From Desulfobacterales bacterium (GTDB taxonomy: Bacteria > Desulfobacterota > Desulfobacteria > Desulfobacterales > UBA5852), in assembly GCA_963674755.2 (NCBI GenBank), contig CAXXVS010000001.1, forward strand, positions 96,001 to 160,000: a stretch of 64,000 nucleotides of DNA, in the 5' to 3' direction. Below, in pieces: positions 9,477 to 19,964 of the stretch; the first letter of the stretch is position 1, and each line of letters begins with the position of its first letter. The position numbers were made by a program, and so were the translations under genes. The notes beneath the pieces were generated by a model. It was given only the letters and a program-made list of their open reading frames with translations, had not been told where the DNA came from and made no database searches.

Positions 9477-9555
9477 TCAGCCCTTAAGCTGCGACCGTAC
9501 GTCGTTTTTACGACTTGTCAGGGATAGAAAATCAATCAGAAGGAGAGGAGAGCAA

Positions 9556-10827
9556 ATGGCTAAGTTAATCGAACCTCATGGTGGTAAAGGCTTAACAGTT
9601 TGTCTGCTGGAGGGCGCCGAACTGGAAGCGGAAAAAAGCAAGGCCGCTGGCCTCAAGAAGGTGGCGATTTCACCCCGCGTCAAAGGCGATCTCATCATGA
9701 TCGGCAATGGCGGTTTCAGTCCGTTGACCGGTTTCATGACCAAGGCGGACTGGAAAGGTGTCTGCGAGAATTTCCTCACCGCCGACGGCACGTTCTGGCC
9801 GGTGCCGGTGAACCTTGACGTCTCCGGTGAAGATGCGGCGGACATCAGTGTAGGCGATGAAATCGCCTTGTACGATCCCAAAGGTGATGAAATCATGGCC
9901 ACCATGAAGGTTACCGAAAAATGGGAACAAAGCCTAGACGAGAAAAAATGGGAGTGCGAGAAGGTTTTCATGGGAGAAGGCACTCCGACGGCGGAAGAAT
10001 TCTGGAAAATCGCCGAAGAAGATCATCCCGGCGTTCAGATGGTCATGGGCCAGAAAGAGGTCAACCTGGCCGGTCCGGTGAAGGTGCTCAGTGAAGGCAA
10101 TTACCCCACCAAATATGCCGGTGTCTACCACCGTCCGGCCGAATCCCGCAAGATTTTCGAAGAGCGCGGCTGGTCCGAAGTGGCTGCTCTGCAGCTGCGC
10201 AACCCCATGCACCGTTCCCACGAATACCTGTGCAAAATTGCTGTGGAAGTCTGCGACGGCGTCTATATTCACTCCTTGGTGGGCAACTTGAAACCGGGCG
10301 ATATTCCGGCCGAAACTCGTGTCAAATGTATTGATGCCTTGGTCAAAAACTACTTTGTCGAGAAAAACGTCGTGCAGGGCGGCTATCCGCTGGATATGCG
10401 CTATGCCGGTCCTCGCGAAGGCTTGCTGCACGCCGTCTTCCGTCAGAACTACGGCTGCTCCCGCATGATCATCGGTCGCGACCACGCCGGTGTGGGCGAT
10501 TTCTACGGCATGTTCGAAGCCCAGACCATTTTCGACAAGATTCCGCATCCGGCCGGCGGCAAAGGATTGCTATGCCAGCCTTTGAAGATCGACTGGACCT
10601 TCTACTGCTACAAGTGCGACGGCATGGCCTCCCTGCGGACCTGCCCGCATGCCAAGGAAGATCGCGTCCTGCTGTCCGGCACCATGCTGCGCAAGATGCT
10701 TTCCGAAGGTGGGGACCTGCCCGATCACTTCGGCCGTGACGAAGTCGTGGCCATCCTGCGTGAGTACTACGAAGGTGTGACGGAAAAGGTCGAGATCAAG
10801 ACCCACAAGGCGGCCACCGGAAATTAA
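9556..10827 (+). CDS. sat: Sulfate adenylyltransferase (dissimilatory)
   Basis: [45 protein letters not shown] zinc site; AGGAG RBS before ATG 9556. Confidence 0.97.
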   Translation: MAKLIEPHGGKGLTVCLLEGAELEAEKSKAAGLKKVAISPRVKGDLIMIGNGGFSPLTGFMTKADWKGVCENFLTADGTFWPVPVNLDVSGEDAADISVGDEIALYDPKGDEIMATMKVTEKWEQSLDEKKWECEKVFMGEGTPTAEEFWKIAEEDHPGVQMVMGQKEVNLAGPVKVLSEGNYPTKYAGVYHRPAESRKIFEERGWSEVAALQLRNPMHRSHEYLCKIAVEVCDGVYIHSLVGNLKPGDIPAETRVKCIDALVKNYFVEKNVVQGGYPLDMRYAGPREGLLHAVFRQNYGCSRMIIGRDHAGVGDFYGMFEAQTIFDKIPHPAGGKGLLCQPLKIDWTFYCYKCDGMASLRTCPHAKEDRVLLSGTMLRKMLSEGGDLPDHFGRDEVVAILREYYEGVTEKVEIKTHKAATGN

Positions 10828-10888
10828 GCCGCTCTTATCTGCGGCCGGGGTGTAAATGAAACATTCTCCGGCTAACGGCCCACAATAG

Positions 10889-10923
10889 AGGGGGATACCT
10901 TAGAGCAAGGTATCCCCCTTTTT
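10889..10923 (+). terminator. sat terminator
   Basis: AGGGGGATACCTT/AAGGTATCCCCCT stem plus T run. Confidence 0.85.
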
Positions 10924-11047
10924 ATTGCACTGCGAAAGATATCCTAAGCGGCCTTGAGCTCAAAGGCGGTGATAGGGTTATGCGCCTCGCCGTCGAAGAC
11001 GATCCTCATGGACTTGGCGCGCAAGACCGCTCTTCCCGAAAGACACC

Positions 11048-11077
11048 AAAAAAGAAGGGAGCCCCTACAGGCTCCCC
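11048..11077 (-). terminator. qmoC terminator
   Basis: GGGAGCC/GGCTCCC stem with a minus-strand T tract. Confidence 0.65.
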
Positions 11078-11112
11078 TCATGACAGGCTTTCGTTATATA
11101 GGTGTTACAGGT

Positions 11113-12267
11113 TTAGAAACCGCGGCCGGAATACTCGGAATAGGCCATGGCCGTGGTGCGGTAGACCAAGTGGGCCAGTTTGGAGAAAGGCGTAAAGCAA
11201 AACAGGCACCATATGGCTATGAGATGCAGAAAATAGACAAGGGCCATCAGGTTGTAGAACCCGCCCAGCCGCAGGAGCTCCGTTCCCAGGCCGGTAATAC
11301 CCAGGGCCAGGACGAGGCCCACAAGATACCAGTCCCAGTAGCTCGAAACGCTGTCCGTCTTGGCAAGGCGGTTTTTCCACAGCAGCAGTGCGCCCACGAT
11401 CAAAGCGATGCCGGCAATATTGCCGAGCCATTTGATGGGGTTGAACTGTGAGTAAGGTCCTTCAATGTGCAGAACCCATTCCGCAATGAAAAAACAGTTG
11501 GTTACGATGAAGAGACCGATGAAACTGAACAGCACCATCATGTGCGCGGTCGAACGTTCCTTGTTTTCAGTGCACTCGTTGAATTTCTGGTGCGTGAAAA
11601 TCGTAGGAATGATTTTAATCAAGGCCTGCACAAAGCCCGCCGGATCGATTTTTTCCTTCTGCGTTTTGCCTTCCGCCAAGGCATTGGCGTGCATATCGGC
11701 GATGAAGCGTTTGAGGCCTAGAGCGAAGGTGATGACAGCAAAGAAAAAGGTGGGGATCATGATGATATCCACCAGGTAGTTGTTGATATAGCTGCTTTGC
11801 CAAACGGCGTGACCCTCAGCCGGGGTGAAGTTCAACCAATTGAGTCCCACCAGGTTGGACAGCAAGCCCACGACCAAAAAGATAGCGGCCGGGATGGCCA
11901 GCAGGACCGGCAGCTTGGATTTGTCGCGGACGAGTTTCCCCAATCCTTTGGGGCCGGCGTAATCCTGAACCGCATAGGCACGAACCGCCCCCAAAACATC
12001 GCCGGGTTTGGCCCCCCGCGGGCAGCGGGTGGTGCAGTCGCCGCAATTGTGGCACAGCCAGATGTCGGCGTTGCTGACCAGTTTGTTTTTGAGGCCCCAA
12101 GAGGCCGCTATCATTTCCTTGCGGGGAAACGGCTTATTCTCAGGTGCAATGGGACAGACGACGGAACATGTCGCGCACTGGTAGCATTTTTTCAGGTCGC
12201 CGCCGCCCAGCGCACACACGTCCTTAATAAAACCAACATCAGGATCAAGCATGATCGCTTCCGACAT
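11113..12267 (-). CDS. qmoC: QmoC, membrane subunit of the quinone-interacting oxidoreductase
   Basis: HdrC-like CYQCATCSVVC and CHNCGDCTTRC plus a heme-b TM domain (AHMM, FLHL, SKLAHLVY); follows qmoB. Confidence 0.95.
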   Translation of the reverse strand: MSEAIMLDPDVGFIKDVCALGGGDLKKCYQCATCSVVCPIAPENKPFPRKEMIAASWGLKNKLVSNADIWLCHNCGDCTTRCPRGAKPGDVLGAVRAYAVQDYAGPKGLGKLVRDKSKLPVLLAIPAAIFLVVGLLSNLVGLNWLNFTPAEGHAVWQSSYINNYLVDIIMIPTFFFAVITFALGLKRFIADMHANALAEGKTQKEKIDPAGFVQALIKIIPTIFTHQKFNECTENKERSTAHMMVLFSFIGLFIVTNCFFIAEWVLHIEGPYSQFNPIKWLGNIAGIALIVGALLLWKNRLAKTDSVSSYWDWYLVGLVLALGITGLGTELLRLGGFYNLMALVYFLHLIAIWCLFCFTPFSKLAHLVYRTTAMAYSEYSGRGF

Positions 12268-12387
12268 GTGTATACCTCCTTTTTCGGACGGGCAGGTGCT
12301 GCGCTGCTTCTGCCCGCTACGAAATGATACTGTGAGCGCCCGGCCGGCCGCTATTTTTACATGACAGCCGACCGGCGTATGTGCAAT

Positions 12388-14730
12388 TTAGAAACCCTTG
12401 AAAGGGTTCGGTCCCATTGCTTCGATGGATTCGACAAAGTCGTTGATGATCTTGGGGATCTTGTCGTATTCATCGATGGCCACTTCGAACTGGGCCACGC
12501 GTTCTTCTTCCAATGCCAGGCTGGCCAAAGCATCACCGATTTTTTTCATGCGGATACTGGCCAATTCGCTGCCCTTGATAAAATGGCACTGGTAGTCGTC
12601 GCCATGTTTGCATCCCAGCAGGAAGACGCCGTCCATGCCTTGGGAGAGTGCATCCTTGATCCAGATGACGTTGACCGAGCCGAGGCAGCGCACAGGAATC
12701 AGGCGCACGTCCGCCGAATAGGACAGTCCCCTGAGGGAAAGCATGTCCAGAGCCGGATAGGCATCGTTTTCGCACACCAGACCCAGGATACGGAAGGGCG
12801 GTTCGGAATAGTCGTCTTCCGACGGCACCTGCACCGCTTTGACCTGGGAGCCGATGCTGTCGATGTTGTAGTCGGCAAAACCGATGATGCGCTCGGGGCA
12901 GGCGCCCATGCAGGTCCCGCAACGGCGGCAGCGCGCCGGGTTGGGCTTGGGCGTGCCTTTTTCATCATCATCCAGGGCGCCGAAGGGGCATTCTTCCGTA
13001 CAGCGCTTGCACTGGGTGCAGCGTTGGAAGAAAAAGTCGGGATAAGTCAAATCGCCTGAGCGCGGGTGGACGGCCATGCCACGGTTGACCGACTCGAGGC
13101 ATTGGATGGCTTTGAGGGCCGCGCCGGAGGCATCCTCGATGGATTCTTCCATGGTCATGCTGCGCCGTATGGCACCGGCCGCGTAAATGCCGGTTCGCTG
13201 GGTTTCGTAGGGGAAGCAGATAAAGTTGGAGTCGCAGAACCCGTTGAACAGCGTGATATTGTCACGGAAGGATGGCCCCTGGCGATAGGCCAGATTGATG
13301 ATCGGATCATCTTTGGTGGCAGGCACCATGCCGGTGCCCAGAACCACTAGGTCGGCCCTGACGTTGACTTTTTCTCCCAGAAGGGTGTTCTGGGCTTCAA
13401 CGACCATGCCGTTGCCGTTCTTGGAAACGCCGGTGACTTCCCCTTTGGTCATAAAAATGCCAGGGTCCTGCTGGATACTCTTGTAGAAGTTTTCCTGCAG
13501 ACCGGGGGTGCGCATGTGTTGGTAAAACACGTAGGCTTTGCCGGTGTCCGGGTAATCCTCACGCACATAGGTGGCCTGTTTCAAGGCCACCAGGCTGGTC
13601 ACGGCACCCGCATATTCGAAGTCGGTGTCATTGTCCTGCCCGGGGCTCTGAACAAAGACCACCGATTCGGCGGTTTTGCCGTCCGAAGGGCGGACAATTT
13701 TCCCGGCTTTGGCCATTTTTTCAAACGTAGCGTTGGTCACCACATCCGGCAATTCGCCGTAGCCCAAATGGGCAAATTCGCCTTCGGCCGGCTCGTAGGG
13801 TTTGTATCCTGCCGCCAGCACGACGGCCCCGAATTTTTCGCCATTCGGGTCAAACTTCAGAATGTCCACACGACCCTTGTTGTATTCTAAATATTTTTCA
13901 TGCTGCTGCTCGGCATTGAGCTCTTTCCCGCTTTCATCCACCTTCATTTCTTCGGGAAGGGGGTAAGGCACGTCGAACTCGATCTTTTCACCCGGCTTTT
14001 TCAGTGTGACCGTAAAATTTCCTGGTTCACCTGCCATTCGGGCGACAACGGTGTTGGTAAGAACAGTGATGTTGCTGTAGTTTTCAAGCTCTTTGATTTT
14101 ATCCCCAATGGCCGGAGACAAGGTGGCGTCATAAGGGTAGCTCAGGGGCAGCTGCTTGCGCCAGTTATTGGCCTGGCCGCCGAGCTGGTCCTCCTTTTCG
14201 ACGATGGTGACCTCATAGCCTGATTTGGCGGCATCGATAGCGGCTGAGATGCCGGTAATGCCGCCCCCGATCACCAGAATTTTGCGGGTGAAGGTCTCCA
14301 GTTCATAGGGTTCCGGGAGTTTGACCTTTTGCACCCGGGCCATCCCCATACGCAGGTAGTCTTCGGCCATCATCTGAACGCGGTCAAAGTTGTCTTCGTT
14401 TTCCTTCTCTTCGGCCGTAAGGGCCGGAAACTTGTCACGGGAATGAGACCAGACCACCCCTTCGCGCAGGTTGACCCGTTCAACCATGCTGCCCACAAAC
14501 CGAAACGTATCGAAATTAACGCGCCGCGAACAGGCCGCAAGCACCATGGTATTGATGCCTTTTTCTTCAGCATCCTTCTTGATGATTTCCACGCCGGCCT
14601 GGCTGCAGAGAAACGGATGAGTCTGGACGGGCAGCCCCTCCTCCTCGGCCACGCCGCTCAGCGCTTCGATATCCAGGGCATCCCCGATACCGCAGCCCGT
14701 ACAGATATACACACCATATTTCTTATCCAT
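12388..14730 (-). CDS. qmoB: QmoB (HdrA-like FAD and ferredoxin domains plus MvhD domain)
   Basis: GGGITG, CTQCKRCTEEC, CRRCGTCMGAC; C-terminal MvhD-type CENDAY...RCLGS...GCKHGDDYQC. Confidence 0.96.
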   Translation of the reverse strand: MDKKYGVYICTGCGIGDALDIEALSGVAEEEGLPVQTHPFLCSQAGVEIIKKDAEEKGINTMVLAACSRRVNFDTFRFVGSMVERVNLREGVVWSHSRDKFPALTAEEKENEDNFDRVQMMAEDYLRMGMARVQKVKLPEPYELETFTRKILVIGGGITGISAAIDAAKSGYEVTIVEKEDQLGGQANNWRKQLPLSYPYDATLSPAIGDKIKELENYSNITVLTNTVVARMAGEPGNFTVTLKKPGEKIEFDVPYPLPEEMKVDESGKELNAEQQHEKYLEYNKGRVDILKFDPNGEKFGAVVLAAGYKPYEPAEGEFAHLGYGELPDVVTNATFEKMAKAGKIVRPSDGKTAESVVFVQSPGQDNDTDFEYAGAVTSLVALKQATYVREDYPDTGKAYVFYQHMRTPGLQENFYKSIQQDPGIFMTKGEVTGVSKNGNGMVVEAQNTLLGEKVNVRADLVVLGTGMVPATKDDPIINLAYRQGPSFRDNITLFNGFCDSNFICFPYETQRTGIYAAGAIRRSMTMEESIEDASGAALKAIQCLESVNRGMAVHPRSGDLTYPDFFFQRCTQCKRCTEECPFGALDDDEKGTPKPNPARCRRCGTCMGACPERIIGFADYNIDSIGSQVKAVQVPSEDDYSEPPFRILGLVCENDAYPALDMLSLRGLSYSADVRLIPVRCLGSVNVIWIKDALSQGMDGVFLLGCKHGDDYQCHFIKGSELASIRMKKIGDALASLALEEERVAQFEVAIDEYDKIPKIINDFVESIEAMGPNPFKGF

Positions 14731-14740
14731 GGATAACCTC

Positions 14741-16012
14741 CTACTTCGCTGCCAGAGTTTGAATCGCTTTCAGAGCCATACCGGTTGCATTCTGGTTGGA
14801 TGACACCACATCCGCCGGTTTGTTCGCACACCCCGCTGCAAAGATGCCGCCCTTCTGGAAATCATTGAGGATGAAGCCCTCTTCGGTATAGTTGATTTCC
14901 CCGGGGAGTTTGGCCTCGGCGGCTGTAGGCTGCATACCCGTGGCCAGCACGGCCATGTCCACAATTTGGCTCATTTTTTCGCCGGTAACGGCATTCTCGG
15001 CCGTCACTTTGACCGCGCCGTCGGCAGCGGCCTCCACAGCGGCAACCTTACCTTTAATAAAGATGATGTTGTCATCGTCTTTGACTTTTTGGTAAAATTT
15101 TTCGTAGCGCTGGCCGGGAGACCGGATGTCGATGTAGAAGATATAAATCGTGGCGTCCGGATACTGTTCGCGGACATAAAGGGCTTGTTTCAGCGAGGCC
15201 ATACAACAGATGTAAGAGCAGTAAGGCAAATGGTTCTCATCACGAGAGCCGGCGCATTGCACAAAGGCCACGCTTGCCGGGGCTTTCTGGTCCGCCGGTC
15301 GGAGGATTTGTCCCTGGGTCGGCCCGTTGGGGGCGGCCAGTCGTTCCATCATCATATTGGTGATGATATTGGGAACCTTACCAAACCCCAAGTTATCGAT
15401 TTTAGCGGCATCGTACGGTTGCCAGCCCGTGGCGAAAACAACGGCGCCGACCTTGAGATCCAGGGTGCGGGCTTTCATATCCAAGTCGATGGCATCATAG
15501 GCGCAGGTGTCCTTGCAGCGGACCGCGTCTTCCGTGCCGATAATTTCAGGTGCCAGAACGTAGCGGGCCGGAAAGGCCATTTCAAAGGGCAGATAAGCGC
15601 CCTTAATTTTTTTCATGCCAAAGTCATAGGCGCTTTCGATTTCCGTCTGGCATACTTTGGCGCATTCGCCGCAGGCGGTGCAGTTTTCATTGACATAGCG
15701 GGGGCTGATTTTCACCTGCACGTCGTAATCGCCTGGTGCGCCCGAGACGTTGGTTACCTCTGCCATGGTCATAACTTTGATCTGGGGGTTGTCCTTGATG
15801 CGCCGGAAATTGATTTCCAGGCCGCAGGTCGGGGGGCACAATTTGGGGAAATACTGATTGAGCTGGGCGACGCGTCCTCCCAGGTAGGGATTCTTTTCAA
15901 CGAGAAACACCTCGTATCCCACCTCGGCAGCTTCCAGGGCCGTTGTTAAACCGGCGATGCCGCCGCCCACAACGAGAATGCTTCCACTAGCAGGAGCTTT
16001 ATTTTCTGTCAT
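14741..16012 (-). CDS. qmoA: QmoA (HdrA-like flavoprotein)
   Basis: GGGIAG, FPKLCPPTCG, QCAGSRD, YCSYICC. Confidence 0.95.
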   Translation of the reverse strand: MTENKAPASGSILVVGGGIAGLTTALEAAEVGYEVFLVEKNPYLGGRVAQLNQYFPKLCPPTCGLEINFRRIKDNPQIKVMTMAEVTNVSGAPGDYDVQVKISPRYVNENCTACGECAKVCQTEIESAYDFGMKKIKGAYLPFEMAFPARYVLAPEIIGTEDAVRCKDTCAYDAIDLDMKARTLDLKVGAVVFATGWQPYDAAKIDNLGFGKVPNIITNMMMERLAAPNGPTQGQILRPADQKAPASVAFVQCAGSRDENHLPYCSYICCMASLKQALYVREQYPDATIYIFYIDIRSPGQRYEKFYQKVKDDDNIIFIKGKVAAVEAAADGAVKVTAENAVTGEKMSQIVDMAVLATGMQPTAAEAKLPGEINYTEEGFILNDFQKGGIFAAGCANKPADVVSSNQNATGMALKAIQTLAAK

Positions 16013-16234
16013 TCTGTCCCTCCGTGCTTACAGAATTTGTCGTTACCCGAACGATCTAAGCGTCAATGTTCCTTCAATCGTCCCAGGCGATATCCGGTTA
16101 GGTCTATGCACACACGTCGGCGCGGGTCGATGCCGGGGACAACGCGCCGGCGTCTGTCCAGAGCCATGGGAAAACAGCGGATACCGCCGTGAAACAGGAA
16201 GATCTAATATATAGAATGAATACGGATTCTTAAT

Positions 16235-16271
16235 AAAAACCTCCAGGCGCCCGTTGCCGGGCACCTGGAGG
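16235..16271 (-). terminator. Terminator between aprA and qmoA
   Basis: CCTCCAGG/CCTGGAGG stem with an inner GCCCG/CGGGC extension, followed by TTTTT on the minus strand. Confidence 0.75.
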
Positions 16272-16315
16272 CTGGGTATTGGACTAAGCTAACATCAAGT
16301 CTTCATATCCATCAA

Positions 16316-18292
16316 TCACGGGATGATCTTGATGTAGTCCTTCTTGAAGACATCCCATTGCTGCGTTTTCGGATCGTATTTGGAGTTAACGAAACAGAAC
16401 CAGTTTTCGTCATCCTGACCCGGATAGTCCGCCTGATAGTAGAAACCGGGATAGCGGGTTTCTTTGCGGAACTGGATGTGACGCAGGTGGGATTCTACCG
16501 TCCAGATGCGGTGGGTGATTTCCCAGGCGCGCATCAGTTCATGCAGGTCGCCGGCCGCCATTTTTTCGCAGTCTTCGCGCATGGTCTGGAGCAGATCCAT
16601 GACGATTTCCAGCGACTTGCTGCTGGTCTGGTAGTAGGTGGCCGTACCGGCACCGTACTCGTGGGTGGCTTTCATCAGCCGGTACATCATGCCTTCCGGT
16701 TTGATGTAGTTGGGGTTGATGTTGATGGCCGTGGTATAGTCCTTGTGATCCAGGAAGGTGCGCACCGGCTTATAGATCAGGTCAACCAGTTCGTCCTTGC
16801 TCTGGGCCAAGGTCGGGGTGAAGTCCGCAAAATCCTTTGCGTAGCGGACCATCTGCTTGGCCGCGATACGCCCCTCGGCATGGGAGCCGGAGGAGAATTT
16901 ATGGCCGGAGCCGCCCACGCCGTCGCCGGCCGTGAACAGACCTTCCACCGTGGTCATCTGTTTGTAGACTTTGCCGTTGCGGGCCTTGATTTTGTAAGCG
17001 TCCGGAACCCAGTCATAGTCCGGTCCGGAGGTCCATAGACCGCAGCAGCCGGAGTGGGAACCCAGCAGGTAAGGTTCGGTCGGCATGACTTCGGAGTTTT
17101 TCTTCTCCGGTTCGCAGTTTTGGGCGCACCACAGGTTGGCCTGGCCGCAGGTCATGTCCAGGAAGTCTTCCCAGGCTTCGGACTCGAGATGCTTGAGTTC
17201 CTTCTTGTCCATGGTTTTGCCGAGTTCGGCCAGCGCGGTCACGGTATCCATGAGGATGGGTCCGCGGCCTTCCTTCATCTCGAACAGCATCAGGTGGTTA
17301 CGCAGGCAGGTCGGGGTGATGGCGGCGGTGCCGTAGGGAGCGTAATTCTCCAACTCTTTCTTGGCGGCATCGCTGCCGGCAAAGGCTTCGCCCAGACCGT
17401 TGAGGGTCTTGGCCTTGAACAGCAGGAACCAAGCACCCACCGGACCGTAACCGTCTTTGAAGCGGGCCGGGGTGAAACGGTTTTCCATCATGGTCAGCTC
17501 AGCACCCACGCGCATGCACATGGTGTAGGTGGAACCGGCGTTCCAGACCGGGTACCAGGCGCGACCTTTACCTTCACCCACCGAACGGGGCTGGTAGATG
17601 TTCACGGCGCCGCCGCAGGCCACCATCATGGTCTTGCATTTAATGATGTAAACTTTGTTTTCGCGGACCGAGAAGCCCACGGCGCCGGCGATCTGGTTTT
17701 CGACATTGGCATCCAGCAGCAGCTCGACAATGAAGCAGCGCTCGATGATGTTGTCTTCGCCCAGGGCCAGTTTGGCGGCTTCCGCCACGATGCGTTTGTA
17801 GGACTCGCCGTTGATCATGATCTGCCATTTACCGGTGCGGACCGGTTGGGCGCCGGACTTCAGGGTGCCCATGGTCTGGCCTTTTTTACCGTCGAGGTTT
17901 TTGCCTTCGGCAGATTTTTTCCAGACGGGCAGACCCCATTCTTCGAACAGATGGACGGAGTCGTCCACGTGGCAGCCCAAGTCGAAGATCAGGTCTTCAC
18001 GCACCAGACCCATGAGGTCGTTGCGGACCATGCGAACGTAATCTTCAGGCGCGTTCTCACCGATAAAGGTGTTGATGGCGGACAGGCCCTGGGCCACGGC
18101 GCCGGAGCGCTCCATGGCGGCCTTGTCGCACAGCAGAACCGTCTGATCGTCGCCCAGCCATTTTTTGACTTCAAACGCCGTACCGCAGGCTGCCATACCA
18201 CCGCCCACGATCAAAACGTCAACTTCGCGCTCCTCGACTTCCGGATCACGTACGGTCTTGAGTTCGCCCAATGGTTGATTCGGTAATGCCAT
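16316..18292 (-). CDS. aprA: Adenylylsulfate (APS) reductase alpha subunit
   Basis: GGGMAACG, RSGAVAQGLSAIN, WQIMINGES, RFKDGYGPVGAW, GHKFSSGS. Confidence 0.98.
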   Translation of the reverse strand: MALPNQPLGELKTVRDPEVEEREVDVLIVGGGMAACGTAFEVKKWLGDDQTVLLCDKAAMERSGAVAQGLSAINTFIGENAPEDYVRMVRNDLMGLVREDLIFDLGCHVDDSVHLFEEWGLPVWKKSAEGKNLDGKKGQTMGTLKSGAQPVRTGKWQIMINGESYKRIVAEAAKLALGEDNIIERCFIVELLLDANVENQIAGAVGFSVRENKVYIIKCKTMMVACGGAVNIYQPRSVGEGKGRAWYPVWNAGSTYTMCMRVGAELTMMENRFTPARFKDGYGPVGAWFLLFKAKTLNGLGEAFAGSDAAKKELENYAPYGTAAITPTCLRNHLMLFEMKEGRGPILMDTVTALAELGKTMDKKELKHLESEAWEDFLDMTCGQANLWCAQNCEPEKKNSEVMPTEPYLLGSHSGCCGLWTSGPDYDWVPDAYKIKARNGKVYKQMTTVEGLFTAGDGVGGSGHKFSSGSHAEGRIAAKQMVRYAKDFADFTPTLAQSKDELVDLIYKPVRTFLDHKDYTTAININPNYIKPEGMMYRLMKATHEYGAGTATYYQTSSKSLEIVMDLLQTMREDCEKMAAGDLHELMRAWEITHRIWTVESHLRHIQFRKETRYPGFYYQADYPGQDDENWFCFVNSKYDPKTQQWDVFKKDYIKIIP

Positions 18293-18361
18293 ATTGCTTC
18301 CTCCTTAATATCGATAATTTCAGAATTGTCTTTTAAATCAAGGAATCATACCTAAAAAGGC

Positions 18362-18793
18362 TTAGACCTTCGGTGTCGGAATGGTGTATCCGTCGGATTC
18401 TTCCGTGCTCAGCAGGCCGCTTTCGAGGTCCTTGCCCTTAAGATCAGCATAGGCATTGGCACCACCTTCCGGGGTGGTCCGGATGGGGAACTTGAAGCGT
18501 TTGACAACGCCGTTGCGGAATTTGCAGGTCCACATGACATCTTCGGTGCCCATCATCGGCATGATGCTGCTTCCCAACGGCACGAAGTCGGCATAGCCGC
18601 GGACTTCAATGGCCTGGGTCGGGCAGATTTTGACACAGGAGAAACACTCCCAGCACTGATCCGGTTCCTGGTTGTAGGCTTTCATGGCATTGGGATCCAG
18701 GACCATCAGGTCGTTGGGGCAGATGTACATGCAAGCTGTCTTGTCACCGCCTTTGCAGCCGTCACATTTTTCCTGAATTACAAAGCTTGGCAT
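18362..18793 (-). CDS. aprB: APS reductase beta subunit
   Basis: MPSFV, CDGC...CMYICP, CWECFSCVKICP, RFKFPIRTT. Confidence 0.98.
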   Translation of the reverse strand: MPSFVIQEKCDGCKGGDKTACMYICPNDLMVLDPNAMKAYNQEPDQCWECFSCVKICPTQAIEVRGYADFVPLGSSIMPMMGTEDVMWTCKFRNGVVKRFKFPIRTTPEGGANAYADLKGKDLESGLLSTEESDGYTIPTPKV

Positions 18794-18997
18794 TTAAGAT
18801 CCTCCTAGAAATGAAGTCATAAAAGTTTTACCGCGGGAATTCCCCCGGTAGGGTCGAGTCCTGCGTCGAGTCTGTAACACCTCCCTTCATTTTCATGATC
18901 CGGACAGGCGAACCTTCCGGTCGTCCCTTTGAGTGAATCGCGAAGAACGGGGATTGCCCCCTCCATGGTTTGTCAAGAGCAGCTAACGTTGCAAAAA

Positions 18998-19015
18998 ATG
19001 TTAAAAATTTCAAGA
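18998..19015. promoter_or_regulatory. Candidate Rex operator upstream of aprBA
   Basis: ATGTTAAAAATTTCAAGA matches 10 of 14 defined positions of TTGTGAA-N4-TTCACAA. Confidence 0.4.
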
Positions 19016-19039
19016 GGATATAATTTAAACGAGATAGTT

Positions 19040-19068
19040 TAAATATCATCCGCCCCTAGGCTTGTCAA
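19040..19068 (-). promoter_or_regulatory. Putative aprBA promoter
   Basis: TTGACA-N17-TATTTA, overlapped by the inverted repeat ATTTAAAC-N6-GTTTAAAT. Confidence 0.5.
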
Positions 19069-19229
19069 GAATTTTCGATGAAGGAAACGCAATCCGGCAG
19101 GCCGTTTGCGGCCGTTTGGAGAGGCTTTCCCAGATGTTGGAACCTTGTACCAATTCCATACAATATATGGTATGAAAAAGGCCTAAAACAGCATCCAATC
19201 ATACTCCCTGTGAAAACGAAAGGCCAATC

Positions 19230-19964
19230 ATGGAAAACGATATGATACCGTTGGCACGCGAGGATCGGTTTCAGTTTGCTTGCGGCCCGGACGTGGACTG
19301 TTTCAATGCCTGTTGTCGTGATCTCAATCAGTTTTTGACGCCCTACGACATTTACCGCCTCAAAACCCGTCTGAAGCTGGTTTCCGGAGAATTCTTGCAG
19401 CGCTATACCATCGAGCACCTAGGCCCCCAGACAGGCTTGCCTGTCGTGAGCCTCAAAGCCGTTCCCGAAAAGGACCGGCAGTGTCCGTTTGTTGCGGATA
19501 CAGGCTGTGAGGTTTATGAGGACCGCCCATCGTCCTGCCGGACCTATCCACTGGCACGGGCCATCACTCGATCGCGGGAAACCGGTGAAGTCACTGAACA
19601 TTTTGCCCTGATGTGCGAAGATCATTGCCGTGGCCACAAACAGCCGCACACCCAAACCGTACGGGAATGGGTCGCAGACCAGCGGCTGGAGGAATATCAT
19701 CGTTTCAATGACATGCTGATGGAGGTTATCAGTTTCAAGAACCAGTTTCACCCGGCGCCGCTGGACCTTCGGGAACAGCGGATGTTCCACCTGGCTTTCT
19801 ATGATTTGGATGGATTCCGACAACATCTTGCGGAAAGGAATTATAAAAAATCTCCCTTATTTAAGGCGGTACACACTGCTTTGGAGGGAACCGAAGTGGA
19901 CCTCCTGGTTTTCGCCCATACCTGGATCAAGTGGGCCTTGTTCGGCAAAGGACCGTCCGAATGA
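19230..19964 (+). CDS. YkgJ/CxxCxxCC-family cysteine-cluster protein (paralog 1)
   Basis: FACGPDVDCFNACC, CPF..GCEVYEDRPSSCRTYP, HCRG. Confidence 0.88.
   Translation: MENDMIPLAREDRFQFACGPDVDCFNACCRDLNQFLTPYDIYRLKTRLKLVSGEFLQRYTIEHLGPQTGLPVVSLKAVPEKDRQCPFVADTGCEVYEDRPSSCRTYPLARAITRSRETGEVTEHFALMCEDHCRGHKQPHTQTVREWVADQRLEEYHRFNDMLMEVISFKNQFHPAPLDLREQRMFHLAFYDLDGFRQHLAERNYKKSPLFKAVHTALEGTEVDLLVFAHTWIKWALFGKGPSE

Noticed and set aside
9497..9515. Rex site upstream of sat
   Set aside because: GTCGT-TTTT-ACGAC is a short palindrome, but spacing and sequence do not fit TTGTGAA-N4-TTCACAA.
17054..18286. Long antisense ORFs (also 164-1093, 4488-5627, 27393-28631, 52519-53742, 58977-60092)
   Set aside because: Shadow frames opposite clear genes in GC-rich, codon-biased DNA; no recognisable motifs.
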